64,000 bases of DNA from Sumerlaeia bacterium (GTDB taxonomy: Bacteria; Sumerlaeota; Sumerlaeia; SLMS01; JAHLLQ01). Made by a program: the position numbers and the translations under genes. Positions 19,979 to 29,274 of this stretch are shown one piece after another. The stretch lies in assembly GCA_040219255.1 (NCBI GenBank), contig JAVJSW010000077.1:64001-128000 (forward strand), in the 5' to 3' direction. The notes below the pieces were generated by a model that searched no databases, was not told where the DNA came from, and saw only the letters and a program-made list of their open reading frames with translations. The first letter of the stretch is position 1, and every line of letters starts with the position of its first letter.

Positions 19979-20168
19979 CGTCGAAGGGTCCCGGCCACGG
20001 GCGAGGAGTTTCGTATTCTCTCCGCCTGCCCCGCGAGGGGTCAAGCGATAGCATGGCATCTTCGTCCGCCGCCTTTCGGCACATTCCGCGCGGGGGTTAT
20101 CTCTTGCCGACTCCGCTCTCTCCGCCCTACTCAAAGCGGATAACTATCGTCGAAAGGACAACATACCC

Positions 20169-21182
20169 ATGCGTCAATGTTTTCAAACCTTCATTTTTCT
20201 GGCAATCGCCGCCGCCCTGACGGGCTGCACGGCGGTTCAGCAGGGCAATTTCATTGGCCCGGAAGAGGCCAAGGCCGCCGCCAAGGGCGCCCCCATTTCC
20301 CAGGAGCCTTTCGAAAAGGCCGGCGAAGCGGGCGAAGTCGTCGAATCCTACAATCGATCCTGGTTCTGGCTGCTGCCGCTCAACCTTTCGATGACCAATA
20401 TCAAAGCCTTGGACGCCGGGTCCGACGAGGCCACCATCGAAACGCTCGACTTCGACTACAACGGCCTCGGGCCGCTCATGCTGTTCCTTCTGCCGGTGCA
20501 TGTCTCCCTGGACAAGTACATCTACGCCGAAGAAGGCATGCCCGATTCGGCGCAGACGATGACCTGGACGCCCATCTGGGCCACCAGCAACCAGTCGAAC
20601 TGGCCCGCCGACCGCGATTCGATCACGGCCAAGGGCATTCCGCTTTTCTATGGCAACGTGAAGATGGACGGCAAACCGGAGGACGGCGGCATGGACGCCA
20701 GCGTCTCGAACACGCTCTGGAGCCTCGGGCCCGCCTGGTTGTCCTTCAGCTCGGAAGACACCGGACCGCGCAACGAAGACAAAGGCTACGTGGTCGCTCC
20801 CCTGCTGCTGGGCGGGCCGCTGGGCTCGATCCTTTGGACGAGCGCCAATGTCACCTCCGGCGATGGCGAGTCCCTCCGCAGCCAGAACATCCACGGGCCC
20901 CTCTTCGGCCTCCTGGGTTACACCAGTTCCTACAACGTCGCACCCGCCGGCAAGACCGTCAGCCCCGACAACCCGGAAGCGGACCAGGAAACGTTCATGC
21001 GCCTGATTACCCTCGGCATCCTCTGGACCGACATCCGGTCGGAAATCGAGGGCCAGCCAGAGAGCCGCAGCGCTGTCCACGGGCCGCTGTGGGGCATGTT
21101 CGGTTGGGGCAAGAGCGAGGGCCGGCCAGTCATCAAGCTGCTCTGGATTCCCATCCCCGTCGGTCCGGTGGCGGACGAATAA
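20169..21182 (+). CDS. Hypothetical lipoprotein with GPL/aromatic repeats
   Basis: Lipobox LTGC; AAAGGA RBS; GC3-rich codon usage. Confidence 0.75.
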   Translation: MRQCFQTFIFLAIAAALTGCTAVQQGNFIGPEEAKAAAKGAPISQEPFEKAGEAGEVVESYNRSWFWLLPLNLSMTNIKALDAGSDEATIETLDFDYNGLGPLMLFLLPVHVSLDKYIYAEEGMPDSAQTMTWTPIWATSNQSNWPADRDSITAKGIPLFYGNVKMDGKPEDGGMDASVSNTLWSLGPAWLSFSSEDTGPRNEDKGYVVAPLLLGGPLGSILWTSANVTSGDGESLRSQNIHGPLFGLLGYTSSYNVAPAGKTVSPDNPEADQETFMRLITLGILWTDIRSEIEGQPESRSAVHGPLWGMFGWGKSEGRPVIKLLWIPIPVGPVADE

Positions 21183-21271
21183 ATTCACCAGCAAAGGAAC
21201 GGTTGCCAATTGGCCCCCCGCTGGCTATTCTTCCTCCAACAGCAGTCCACTCCTCAGCGAGCGAACCTCCC

Positions 21272-22474
21272 TTGCCAAGCAGCACCCGATCCATCCGAAA
21301 GCTGAAAGCCGCACCCCGGAAAATCCTCGCGTTCGCCGCGAGCCTCATCCATAAACGCCGCTATATCAGCATTCCGATGGAAGGGATTATCTTCGTCATC
21401 GTGACCTTGCTGATCGGCTTGGCGGCGATGAACACGAGCGCTCAGCTCCTCTTTCTCGTCTTTTCGATGATGTGCAGTTTCTGGATTCTGTCCGCCCTTC
21501 TGGCCACCACCACGATGCGGGGGCTGCGCGTGTGGCGCAAATCACCCCGCCTGGCCGTGGCGGGGCAACCCACGCGCGTCCTGCTGCATGTGGAAAATCG
21601 CAAGCGCCTGGCCGGCAGTTGGTCCCTGCGGGTCAACGACCGGCTTGCCACGGGCGAGACCATCGGGGCCGCCTTCTTCCCCCATGTGCCCCGTCGCGGC
21701 GACGCAACGCAGAGCTATGAATGTATTTTCCCACGACGCGGCCTCCAGAAGTTCGCCAGCCTGGCGGTGGCGACGCGTTTTCCCTTCGGCCTGATCGAGA
21801 GGACCCTGTTCTTTCGAGACCCGGCGGAAATCCTGGTCCTGCCCGGCGCCATCGTGCTCGACGACCGTATCCTGCGCCAGGCCCAGACCGATCTCGGCGA
21901 TCAGGAAGTGAACGCCAAGGGCCACGGCGCCGGGCTCTACGGTCTGCGGCGATACCGCCCCGGCGACCCGAGCCGCGACATCCACTGGAAAGTCACCGCC
22001 CGCACCGGCCGTCTGACGCTGCGCGAGTACGAAAGCGAGGAGCGCCGCCGTGGCTCCGTGCTCTTCGACAACCGCCTGCCGCACGACGCAAACCTGGACG
22101 ACCGCGAGGAGTTCGAGAAAGGGCTGCTGTTGGCGTCCTCGATCCTCGGCCTCCTGAGCGAAATCGGCCACGAGTTCGAACTCCTGACCGCCACCGGAAA
22201 AGTCCCCGCGGGCCAGGGTCCAGGCCACCTGACCCGCTGCCGGCGGGCTCTGGCGCTGCTGGAGCCGGAATCCATGTCCAAGCCTAGTCCCCTCCAGAAG
22301 GGCCCCGAGAACGACAGCGTGTGGTTCTGGGTCGGCTCCGAAGCCACCCGCAGCCAAGCCCCCGGCCGCGCCTCGGTGGTGCGCATTGAGGAGTACGAGG
22401 CGGACCTGGAGCGGGCCCTCAATCGCTCCCGCGAGTCCGAGGAAATCGAAGCCATCCGGGAGGTGGCGGGATAA
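21272..22474 (+). CDS. DUF58 domain protein
   Basis: TRFPFGL and GLRRYRPGDPSRDIHWKVTAR...REYE; N-terminal TM pair. Start uncertain (TTG 21272 or ATG 21377). Confidence 0.88.
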   Translation: MPSSTRSIRKLKAAPRKILAFAASLIHKRRYISIPMEGIIFVIVTLLIGLAAMNTSAQLLFLVFSMMCSFWILSALLATTTMRGLRVWRKSPRLAVAGQPTRVLLHVENRKRLAGSWSLRVNDRLATGETIGAAFFPHVPRRGDATQSYECIFPRRGLQKFASLAVATRFPFGLIERTLFFRDPAEILVLPGAIVLDDRILRQAQTDLGDQEVNAKGHGAGLYGLRRYRPGDPSRDIHWKVTARTGRLTLREYESEERRRGSVLFDNRLPHDANLDDREEFEKGLLLASSILGLLSEIGHEFELLTATGKVPAGQGPGHLTRCRRALALLEPESMSKPSPLQKGPENDSVWFWVGSEATRSQAPGRASVVRIEEYEADLERALNRSRESEEIEAIREVAG

Positions 22475-22478
22475 TCCG

Positions 22479-24851
22479 ATGGCCTTCCAGCGCTCCTTTT
22501 TCTTCCTCACCTACCTGACCGCCATCTGGTCCTTCGTGTCGCTGGCCTCCACCGGCGAGTTGCATCTCTGGGCCATCGTGGCGTTTTCGCTGATTCTCCT
22601 GGCGGCGATCGGGCGGCGCCGTTTCCGCTTCGAACTGCCCGGGTTCATCTGGCTCCTGATCACCATCGCCGTCTTCTGCGGCGCGCTGTGGGGCTGGTTC
22701 CGCCTGGGCGAGCGCATGTACTCGGTCACCTACTTCCTGATGTACCTGGAAGCCAACAAGCTCCTGACCGCGAAGTCCAACCGCGATTACATCCAGATTT
22801 ACGGCCTGACATTCTTCCAGATGCTCGCCGCTTCCGTCTCCACGACGTCGGTGCTTTTCGCGCCGTTGTTGGGCGGCTACCTGCTGCTGATTATCGCGAC
22901 GATGATCGCGTTCACCATCAAGCGCGACGCCGAGCGCACCTTTCAGACAGCGAAGCCCGGCAAGAAGGCGCTTCGCCGAGGTTCGCCCTGGCGTATGATG
23001 GCGTCGGACCGTCGAGCGCTCGAGGAAGTGGGCTATCTGCCGTTTCTTACGCGGCGCATGGTGAGCCGCCTGGCCCTGGCGACGGGTGTGGTGGTGCTGC
23101 TGGGGGGTGGGTTGTTCCTGGTGATTCCGCGCGCGGCGCGCCAGGACTTTCTGCCTGGCCTGGGCCGAGGTCATCAAGGCCCGCGCAAGAGCGGCTTCGC
23201 CGATCACGTGGCCTTTGGTGGCGTGGGCCGCATTCAGAACGATCCAACCATCGTGATGCGCGTCATTCCCACGCCGGAGTCGACGCTGAATCGGCCGACG
23301 TTCCTGCGGATTCGAGGCACCGCCCTCGACGAATTCACGGGCCGCCAGTGGCAGAAATCCGCCGCCATGGTCCGCGAAATCAAACCCATGCGCGCCCAAG
23401 GCGCCCAAATCCTGCCGCCGTCCCTGCTGGTGGAATATGGCGAGCCTTTCCGTGCCGACATCAACCTCGATCCCGAACGCTCCAACTATATCTTCACCGT
23501 CAACCAACCCGCCCGCGTCATTCTGGACAAGACTCGCACGGTGGAATTGGACCCGGAGGGCTTGAGCCTGAAGCTGGAAACCAGCCAGCCCCGCTATCAA
23601 CCCATCACCTATCAAGTCGAAGGCCGAATCCCCCGCGCCGAGGCCCGGTCGGTCTTCGAAGCCGATCCCCTCGCCTCGACCCGCGAGGACGAAGACGTCA
23701 AGCCAATCGCCCAGGCCAGCCTCGATCTGCTGCGCGACGTCGCTTCGGCGGTGGATCGGGGGATCACGGCGCTCTCGACCCGCAGCGAACGCAACGACCG
23801 CCAGTACCTGCAAACCCCCGAGACGCCCGACATGGAGAACATCCGCGAAATGGCCATGGCTTGGACCGCTGGCATCGATTCGCCCCGCGCCCGCGCCGAA
23901 GAAGTGGAGCGGCGCTTCCGTACGGAATTCGACTATACTCTGGAAGCCGATTTCGCCGACCGGCCGAACCACCTGACCCATTTCCTGCGTGTCGCCCGCG
24001 AGGGCCACTGCGAGTATTTCGCCACCAGCATGGTTCTCATGCTGCGCTCGCTCGGCATTCCCGCCCGCATCGTGAACGGCTACCTGACCGACGAATGGAA
24101 CCGGACAGGCCAGGGCTACTACGTCGTCCGCCAGGAGCACGCCCATTCATGGGTCGAAGTGCGCTTCCCCGACTCGCCCGTCTGGGTCACCTTCGATCCG
24201 ACCCCCGCTTCCGGTCTTGGCAGCAACCGCATCCATCGGACCTGGTTCCATCGCTGGAGCGCCGTGGCCGACGCCATGAAACTGGTCTGGTATAACCTCG
24301 TCGTCGATTACGACGTGAACGATCAGCGCAAAGGCATTCTGGCCTCGATCCGCGCCGTGGCCCGTGGCCTGGAGGCTCTGCAGTCCGGAACCGAGAGCGC
24401 CCGCCTCTGGTGGGAATCGGGCGGCGACGACAGCGCCGGACGCGGCGGACGCTGGGTTCTGGTGGGGGCGGGGGGTGCCCTGACCATCGGAGCCCTCGGC
24501 TATTTCGTGGTGCTGTTGCGACGCCGGCGCGAGCGCGCTGGCGAAGATCCCGAGCAGCAAGTCCGGACCTCGCGAGAGGACGTCCGCCCCTACCTCGATC
24601 TCATGCGTGACCTGGGGGAAGTGTTCCCTCGCCCGCAGGGCCAGACCCCGCGCGATTTCGCTCGCATCGTCGTCGACCGCAGTGGCGGCGCCCTCGAAGA
24701 ATTCGTCCCCCTGACCGACCGCTACTACACCATCCGCTACAATGGCGACCGGTGGGACCCGGAACTGGACCGGCGCATCGCGGCACTGCGGCAGCGGCTC
24801 CGCGACATGGAGCGGACGCCGGCATCCCAGCCCGCGCTAGACGCCGACTGA
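22479..24851 (+). CDS. TgpA-like membrane transglutaminase (DUF3488 plus transglutaminase core)
   Basis: Multi-TM N-terminus; catalytic triad motifs GHCEYFA, HAHSWVEV and FDPTP. Confidence 0.9.
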   Translation: MAFQRSFFFLTYLTAIWSFVSLASTGELHLWAIVAFSLILLAAIGRRRFRFELPGFIWLLITIAVFCGALWGWFRLGERMYSVTYFLMYLEANKLLTAKSNRDYIQIYGLTFFQMLAASVSTTSVLFAPLLGGYLLLIIATMIAFTIKRDAERTFQTAKPGKKALRRGSPWRMMASDRRALEEVGYLPFLTRRMVSRLALATGVVVLLGGGLFLVIPRAARQDFLPGLGRGHQGPRKSGFADHVAFGGVGRIQNDPTIVMRVIPTPESTLNRPTFLRIRGTALDEFTGRQWQKSAAMVREIKPMRAQGAQILPPSLLVEYGEPFRADINLDPERSNYIFTVNQPARVILDKTRTVELDPEGLSLKLETSQPRYQPITYQVEGRIPRAEARSVFEADPLASTREDEDVKPIAQASLDLLRDVASAVDRGITALSTRSERNDRQYLQTPETPDMENIREMAMAWTAGIDSPRARAEEVERRFRTEFDYTLEADFADRPNHLTHFLRVAREGHCEYFATSMVLMLRSLGIPARIVNGYLTDEWNRTGQGYYVVRQEHAHSWVEVRFPDSPVWVTFDPTPASGLGSNRIHRTWFHRWSAVADAMKLVWYNLVVDYDVNDQRKGILASIRAVARGLEALQSGTESARLWWESGGDDSAGRGGRWVLVGAGGALTIGALGYFVVLLRRRRERAGEDPEQQVRTSREDVRPYLDLMRDLGEVFPRPQGQTPRDFARIVVDRSGGALEEFVPLTDRYYTIRYNGDRWDPELDRRIAALRQRLRDMERTPASQPALDAD

Positions 24852-24854
24852 TCC

Positions 24855-25484
24855 ATGCGCACCGCCATCGTCACAGACATCCACGGCAGCATGCGCGGCC
24901 TGGAGAAGGTGCTCGAAGACCAGGCGAAAGAAGGCTGCGAGCGCCTCATCTGCCTCGGCGATCTCGTCAGTGGCGGCATGGAAGACGAGGAAGTGGTCGC
25001 TTACTTTCGCGATAACCAACTCCCCGTCACTCAAGGAAACCACGATCTGGACGACGCGGAATTCTACTCCGACGCGGCGCGCGATTACCTGCGGGCGCTG
25101 CCGCCGCGGATCGTCGAGGGCGACGTCGTTTACACACATATCACGCCGCGCGATGCCAGCGACCGCGGCCTCGCCTGCCCCTACGAAGCCCGCAACGCCT
25201 TCGCGGAAAGCTCGCAGCGCCTCGCCTTCGTGGGCCATCTGCACGCGCCGGTGATCTGGAGCGCCACCAACGACGACCCTCAGGCGGCGCGTTATTGCTC
25301 GTTCACACTCAACAAACCACGCCGCCTCAGCCTCGACGACCGCTTCATCATCATCGTCGGCGCCGTGGCCTACGCCCGCGACATGGTCGAAAAAATCAAG
25401 TACGCCATCCACGACGACGCGGAGAGCACTGTCGAGATGCGCGCCCTCGACGGCCCGATGATTCGCACCCGCTGGTTTTTATAG
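24855..25484 (+). CDS. Calcineurin-like metallophosphoesterase
   Basis: DIHG, LGDLV, GNHD and GHLH motifs. Confidence 0.88.
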   Translation: MRTAIVTDIHGSMRGLEKVLEDQAKEGCERLICLGDLVSGGMEDEEVVAYFRDNQLPVTQGNHDLDDAEFYSDAARDYLRALPPRIVEGDVVYTHITPRDASDRGLACPYEARNAFAESSQRLAFVGHLHAPVIWSATNDDPQAARYCSFTLNKPRRLSLDDRFIIIVGAVAYARDMVEKIKYAIHDDAESTVEMRALDGPMIRTRWFL

Positions 25485-25613
25485 CACGAGACAGGCAAAT
25501 GTTTGGCATACCAAAAAGACTATTGACCTGGCACTGCGTCCTTTGTTTGCCTCCCTGCGGCCCTGCTCCCCCGCGGCGCCCGAACCACCCAGAGGCGAAC
25601 ACTAGCAACGCGC

Positions 25614-26033
25614 ATGGACACTTTTCCCCACGGTTTTCTCGCTGATCTTTACTGCCTGACGTCGCTGTCGGGCGCCGACTTCGACCGCATCGAGGGCCCG
25701 GCCGGGTTTCACGATACGGACCCGGGCGAATGGCTCGCCCCGCCCGCGTGGCTGCCCGCCCTCTCCGGCGGCGAAATCGAGAGCGCTCAATGCTTTCTCG
25801 GCCTCGACAGCTTCTCCGGCACCACCGCCGGACGCATCGCCAAGGTCAACGGCCCGGACCTGATCCTGCGGCTACAGGAAACGGCACTGGCCTTCGGCCA
25901 ATCGGTCGACGTGGTCAGCGACCTCTTGCAGGCCGTTATCGATCAGTCCAACCGCCTCAAAGCCCTCGCCCAGAACGGCGTCTCAGTGGTGCGCCCGTCC
26001 GGAAGCAACGCGCGGGTGTTGATTCCGGCGTAA
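25614..26033 (+). CDS. Hypothetical protein
   Basis: 139-aa ORF with host-like codon usage filling the gap; no family recognised. Confidence 0.55.
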   Translation: MDTFPHGFLADLYCLTSLSGADFDRIEGPAGFHDTDPGEWLAPPAWLPALSGGEIESAQCFLGLDSFSGTTAGRIAKVNGPDLILRLQETALAFGQSVDVVSDLLQAVIDQSNRLKALAQNGVSVVRPSGSNARVLIPA

Positions 26034-26038
26034 GCCCC

Positions 26039-26338
26039 CTACCGCCCCGCGTACGTCAAACAACTCACCTTGCCAGCCTGCATGCCGACTTGCACTTCGC
26101 CGGCGGTGCACATCAGGTCTTTATTGTGCTGGCAGGAGGCGGCTTTGCAGGCGCCGACGTTGGCGACGGTGGCTTGTGTGCCGCCATGGCCCGAGGTGCT
26201 GGCGGGGGTGTAGGTGCCGCAGGTGGCGGGCGAGGGATCGTCGATGGTGATCGCCAGAGCGTGGCACGCCGAGCCTTCGTTGAAGGCGCAATCGGTCACT
26301 TGGCAGGTATTCACTTTGGTCGCGGTGGGAGCAGTCAT
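26039..26338 (-). CDS. DUF1540-like Cys-rich small protein, copy 1
   Basis: Two repeats of C-x4-C-x2-N-x4-C-x-A-x2-(I/V)...C-x-T; GGAGGA RBS. Confidence 0.8.
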   Translation of the reverse strand: MTAPTATKVNTCQVTDCAFNEGSACHALAITIDDPSPATCGTYTPASTSGHGGTQATVANVGACKAASCQHNKDLMCTAGEVQVGMQAGKVSCLTYAGR

Positions 26339-26368
26339 TTGATCAGTCCTCCATTGCAGGTTCTACAT

Positions 26369-26397
26369 ACTCTGCACAGGAGGAATTCGTTTGTCAA
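26369..26397 (-). promoter_or_regulatory. Putative sigma70 promoter for the DUF1540-like gene
   Basis: Perfect TTGACA (26397-26392), 17-nt spacer, then CAGAGT as an imperfect -10. Confidence 0.45.
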
Positions 26398-26466
26398 GAT
26401 GTTGGCGGACGGTGAACTTTTTTGGCTATCCAAATCGGATGTTTGGTGTAGCAAAATTCCCGTGCG

Positions 26467-27564
26467 TCAATCGTTCGTCGTCATCCGCGGGATTTGCAGG
26501 CAGGCCGAGCACGCCTCCGGGACCTCGCCGCGGCGCCATGTCTTGCGGAATTCGACGAAGCGCGGGTCGTCGAGGATCTCCACGAAATCCTTCAGCGACA
26601 AACTGCCCATAACACCATCGTCCTGTGGACGGTCTTCTTTGGCGATATAGGGCATCACGTCCAGTTTGTTCAAATAGCAGCAGGAAGAAACATTGCCGAC
26701 ATAGTCGATAAAGATATTCTGACTTGGCTTCACGGCGCATTCGCCGTCGCGCAGGAACCGGCGCGGCTGCACCACCAGGTCCATGCCGGTCTCTTCGGCC
26801 ACTTGGCGGGCGTCGGCGACAGCCTTCCGGTAGGTGGCTTCTTCCTCGTCCGTCAAGTCCGCCACGATGCCCGTGTTCCAGAGCGCGCCCGCCAAATCTT
26901 CCCGGTTGATGGCCGTTTCCATGTGCTTGGCGGTAAAGCGATCGAGGCCGATTTCGGAGGCCATGCGTACCGCTTTGGGCAGTTCCGTGATGTTGGCCTT
27001 CATCAGCACCATGGTCCATTCGATGCGCGTCTGGGCGCCCATTTCCTCGCGCAACGCCACCATATGGGCGAGGCGCTCCATCAAAAGCTCGAAGGTCCCC
27101 TTGCCCCGCACCGCCTCGTAGGTTTCCGGCTCGGATCCATCGCAGGAGACGTTGATCGTATCGACGCCGGTTTCCAGGATGCGGCGGCTCAGCGGTTCCT
27201 TGAGCAAAAGCCCGTTCGTCGTGAAGCAGGTCCAGGTGCCGGCGTCCTTGCAGGCCTGGAGCATTTCGACGAACTGCTTGTGCATCAGGGGTTCGCCCCA
27301 GCCCGTCAGGTGAATGTACTTGAAACGGTTGAGGACCGGGCCGACGCGCTGGTGAAAGAGGTCCATCGGGAACATGCCCTGCAAATCCGCGTCGAAATGG
27401 CGCGGACACATGATGCACTTGAGGTTACAGCGGTAGGACGTCTCGATGTTCAGTGTATCGGGGAAATCGAGCGGCAGCGAGTCCGGGTCCAGCGGCTGCA
27501 GCCGCGTGGCCAGATGTCTGTGGACAAAGGACTTGAGCTTTCCAAGCAAAACAGGAGCGGACAT
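26467..27564 (-). CDS. Radical SAM protein with SPASM/twitch domain
   Basis: CNLKCIMC, GWGEP and TTNG; C-terminal C...GNVSSCC...CSAC. Confidence 0.9.
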   Translation of the reverse strand: MSAPVLLGKLKSFVHRHLATRLQPLDPDSLPLDFPDTLNIETSYRCNLKCIMCPRHFDADLQGMFPMDLFHQRVGPVLNRFKYIHLTGWGEPLMHKQFVEMLQACKDAGTWTCFTTNGLLLKEPLSRRILETGVDTINVSCDGSEPETYEAVRGKGTFELLMERLAHMVALREEMGAQTRIEWTMVLMKANITELPKAVRMASEIGLDRFTAKHMETAINREDLAGALWNTGIVADLTDEEEATYRKAVADARQVAEETGMDLVVQPRRFLRDGECAVKPSQNIFIDYVGNVSSCCYLNKLDVMPYIAKEDRPQDDGVMGSLSLKDFVEILDDPRFVEFRKTWRRGEVPEACSACLQIPRMTTND

Positions 27565-27703
27565 ACGAGCGGCCTGCGATTCTCCCCGGTGGTGGGCGTG
27601 GCGAAAGCGGGCTCGCGAGCCCGCCAAGACAATGAAAAGCGTCGTGCGCGGGGGGCCTTCGTGTCAACCCTTGGGGCTTTGGCCTTCGCCGCCCCCGCGA
27701 TCC

Positions 27704-28013
27704 TTCACCACAGAGGGCACAAAGGACAGAGGTTCCACAGAGATCATTTGAAAGGTGTGGTCAGGAAAGTGAGCTGTCTGCGCCAAGTCAACCGAACGAA
27801 GAAATCTGCGAATGAATCCCAAATCCGAATACTTGCCAGACCCAAATAAAGTCGCGGCAATTCTGGCATTTTCCTGCATCGATAATCTCTTCTTGAAAAG
27901 AACGGACCGCCGTTTTCCAGTCACCCACCCACGAACCGAGGCATGCCGGTGGTTCCGGCTAACTTCAAAAGCGCCAATCATCTCTGCGTTCTCCGTGTCT
28001 CAGCGGTGATTTC
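27704..28013. repeat. Inverted-repeat element, copy 2
   Basis: Left TTCACCACAGAGGGCACAAAGGACAGAGGTTCCACAGAGAT; right ATCTCTGCGTTCTCCGTGTCTCAGCGGTGATTTC; unique interior. Confidence 0.75.
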
Positions 28014-28215
28014 TTGAAGGATTTGGGCGCCGCCCCGGCGGGAGCGATTGTGAAAGGGCGGGGAGGATGGCGAGTCGCCACCTCGGAAGAAGGAGCCGTT
28101 TGGACCGCCTGAACCCCCTTGCACTTTTCTCCACCCTCCTGCTAACCCAGTCGCATCTCAATGGACCGGCGGTTCCGCTTCGGGATGGGCGGGCCTGCCA
28201 GGAGAGGTTTCGCAG

Positions 28216-28851
28216 GTGAATTCGGAAGAACTGTCCGCGACGGATGTCGTGAAATTAGTGGAGAGCTTGATCGGCCGGGTCGCCCAAATCGATGGGGAGA
28301 GGGAGACGGGCGAATTCGGCCACTATCTCCATCAGTTGCCCATCAGCCAGCGCGCCCTCGATCCATTGATCGCGGGGCTATCCCACGAGAGCCGAACCGT
28401 CCGCCACTTCTGCGCGCGGGCTTTGGGAAGGCTGGCCGATCCCTTCGAGACACCGACGCTGGGCCGGGCCGCCGTGGCGCCCGCGGTGCCTGCTCTCATG
28501 GACCGGCTGCGCCGCGAGGCCCCGCCGGTCGAGTCCAAGTTCGTCTACCTCACCGCACTCGCCACCCTCGGATCCTACGCGCGGGAAGCCATGCCGCTGC
28601 TGCGCGAATTGATGACGTGGTGGCCCCGGCCCGAGCGGTTGCTGATCGCCGTGGCGATGGCGGAAATCGCCGACAAATCCGACCCTCAGGCGCTCGATTC
28701 CATCGTCGGCGTGGCGGTCTCGGAAACCAGTTCTCACAATCAGGCCCGCCTGATCGAGGCTCTGTACCGGCTGCGATTTGGGCGCTGGCCGAAAGAAATG
28801 GAACGGGAGATGGAAAGCGGCGAGGCCGCGGAGGCTCAGGCCGGGTCCTGA
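28216..28851 (+). CDS. HEAT-repeat-like protein
   Basis: LIAGLSHESRTVRHFCARALGRL...AVPALM...ALATLGSYAREAMPLL; AGGAGAGG RBS. Confidence 0.7.
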   Translation: MNSEELSATDVVKLVESLIGRVAQIDGERETGEFGHYLHQLPISQRALDPLIAGLSHESRTVRHFCARALGRLADPFETPTLGRAAVAPAVPALMDRLRREAPPVESKFVYLTALATLGSYAREAMPLLRELMTWWPRPERLLIAVAMAEIADKSDPQALDSIVGVAVSETSSHNQARLIEALYRLRFGRWPKEMEREMESGEAAEAQAGS

Positions 28852-29189
28852 ATCGCGCCCTCGAGGCGCTTCATCGCTTCCTCGATCACCAGCGCATCGT
28901 CCACATAGCCCACTTCGTGATACTCGTCTTCGATATAATCGGCTTGGGCGAAGAAGTATTTCATCGCTGCCGTGGCGGTGGCGCGCTGTTCGGCGGTCAA
29001 TTCCGCTCCCCCGCAAAGCGCGTTCTGCATCGCGTCGAGGCGCTTGAGCATGACCCCGAACATGCGGTGGCCGTGGTCGTTGAATCCGGCGCGCTGCTTC
29101 GCGAACTGCGAGCAGACCCAATCGGTGTCGGTCGGGCGAAGGCCAGCGATGGTCTGATCGAGAAGATCGCGGTGAACTTTCGGTGGCAT
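28836..29189 (-). CDS. YkvA/DUF1232-like protein
   Basis: AMKYFFAQADYIEDEYHEVGYVDDALVI resembles the YkvA motif (AL.Y....D.IPD....GY.DD). Start may extend to 29252. Confidence 0.65.
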   Translation of the reverse strand: MPPKVHRDLLDQTIAGLRPTDTDWVCSQFAKQRAGFNDHGHRMFGVMLKRLDAMQNALCGGAELTAEQRATATAAMKYFFAQADYIEDEYHEVGYVDDALVIEEAMKRLEGAIQDPA

Positions 29190-29274
29190 GGCGGCGGGGG
29201 CCTTTCGAGGAGGTCGGCCAAAGGATTCCCCGGCCTCGCCGGGTGCGGTCAACGCCCAATGCGGGGCAATCGCG

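Noticed and set aside
20177-21271. 5' half of the 765-aa ORF, suggesting a large DUF58 fusion
   Set aside because: It overlaps the lipoprotein gene in another frame and is low-complexity Arg-rich; DUF58-like sequence starts near 21272.
25525-25552. TGGCAC as a sigma54 promoter
   Set aside because: No TTGC at the required -12 spacing.
27664-28009. Short ORFs inside repeat elements (27664-27981, 27812-28009; also 33679-34128)
   Set aside because: No convincing RBS, atypical codon usage and no recognisable domain. They could still be decayed cargo.
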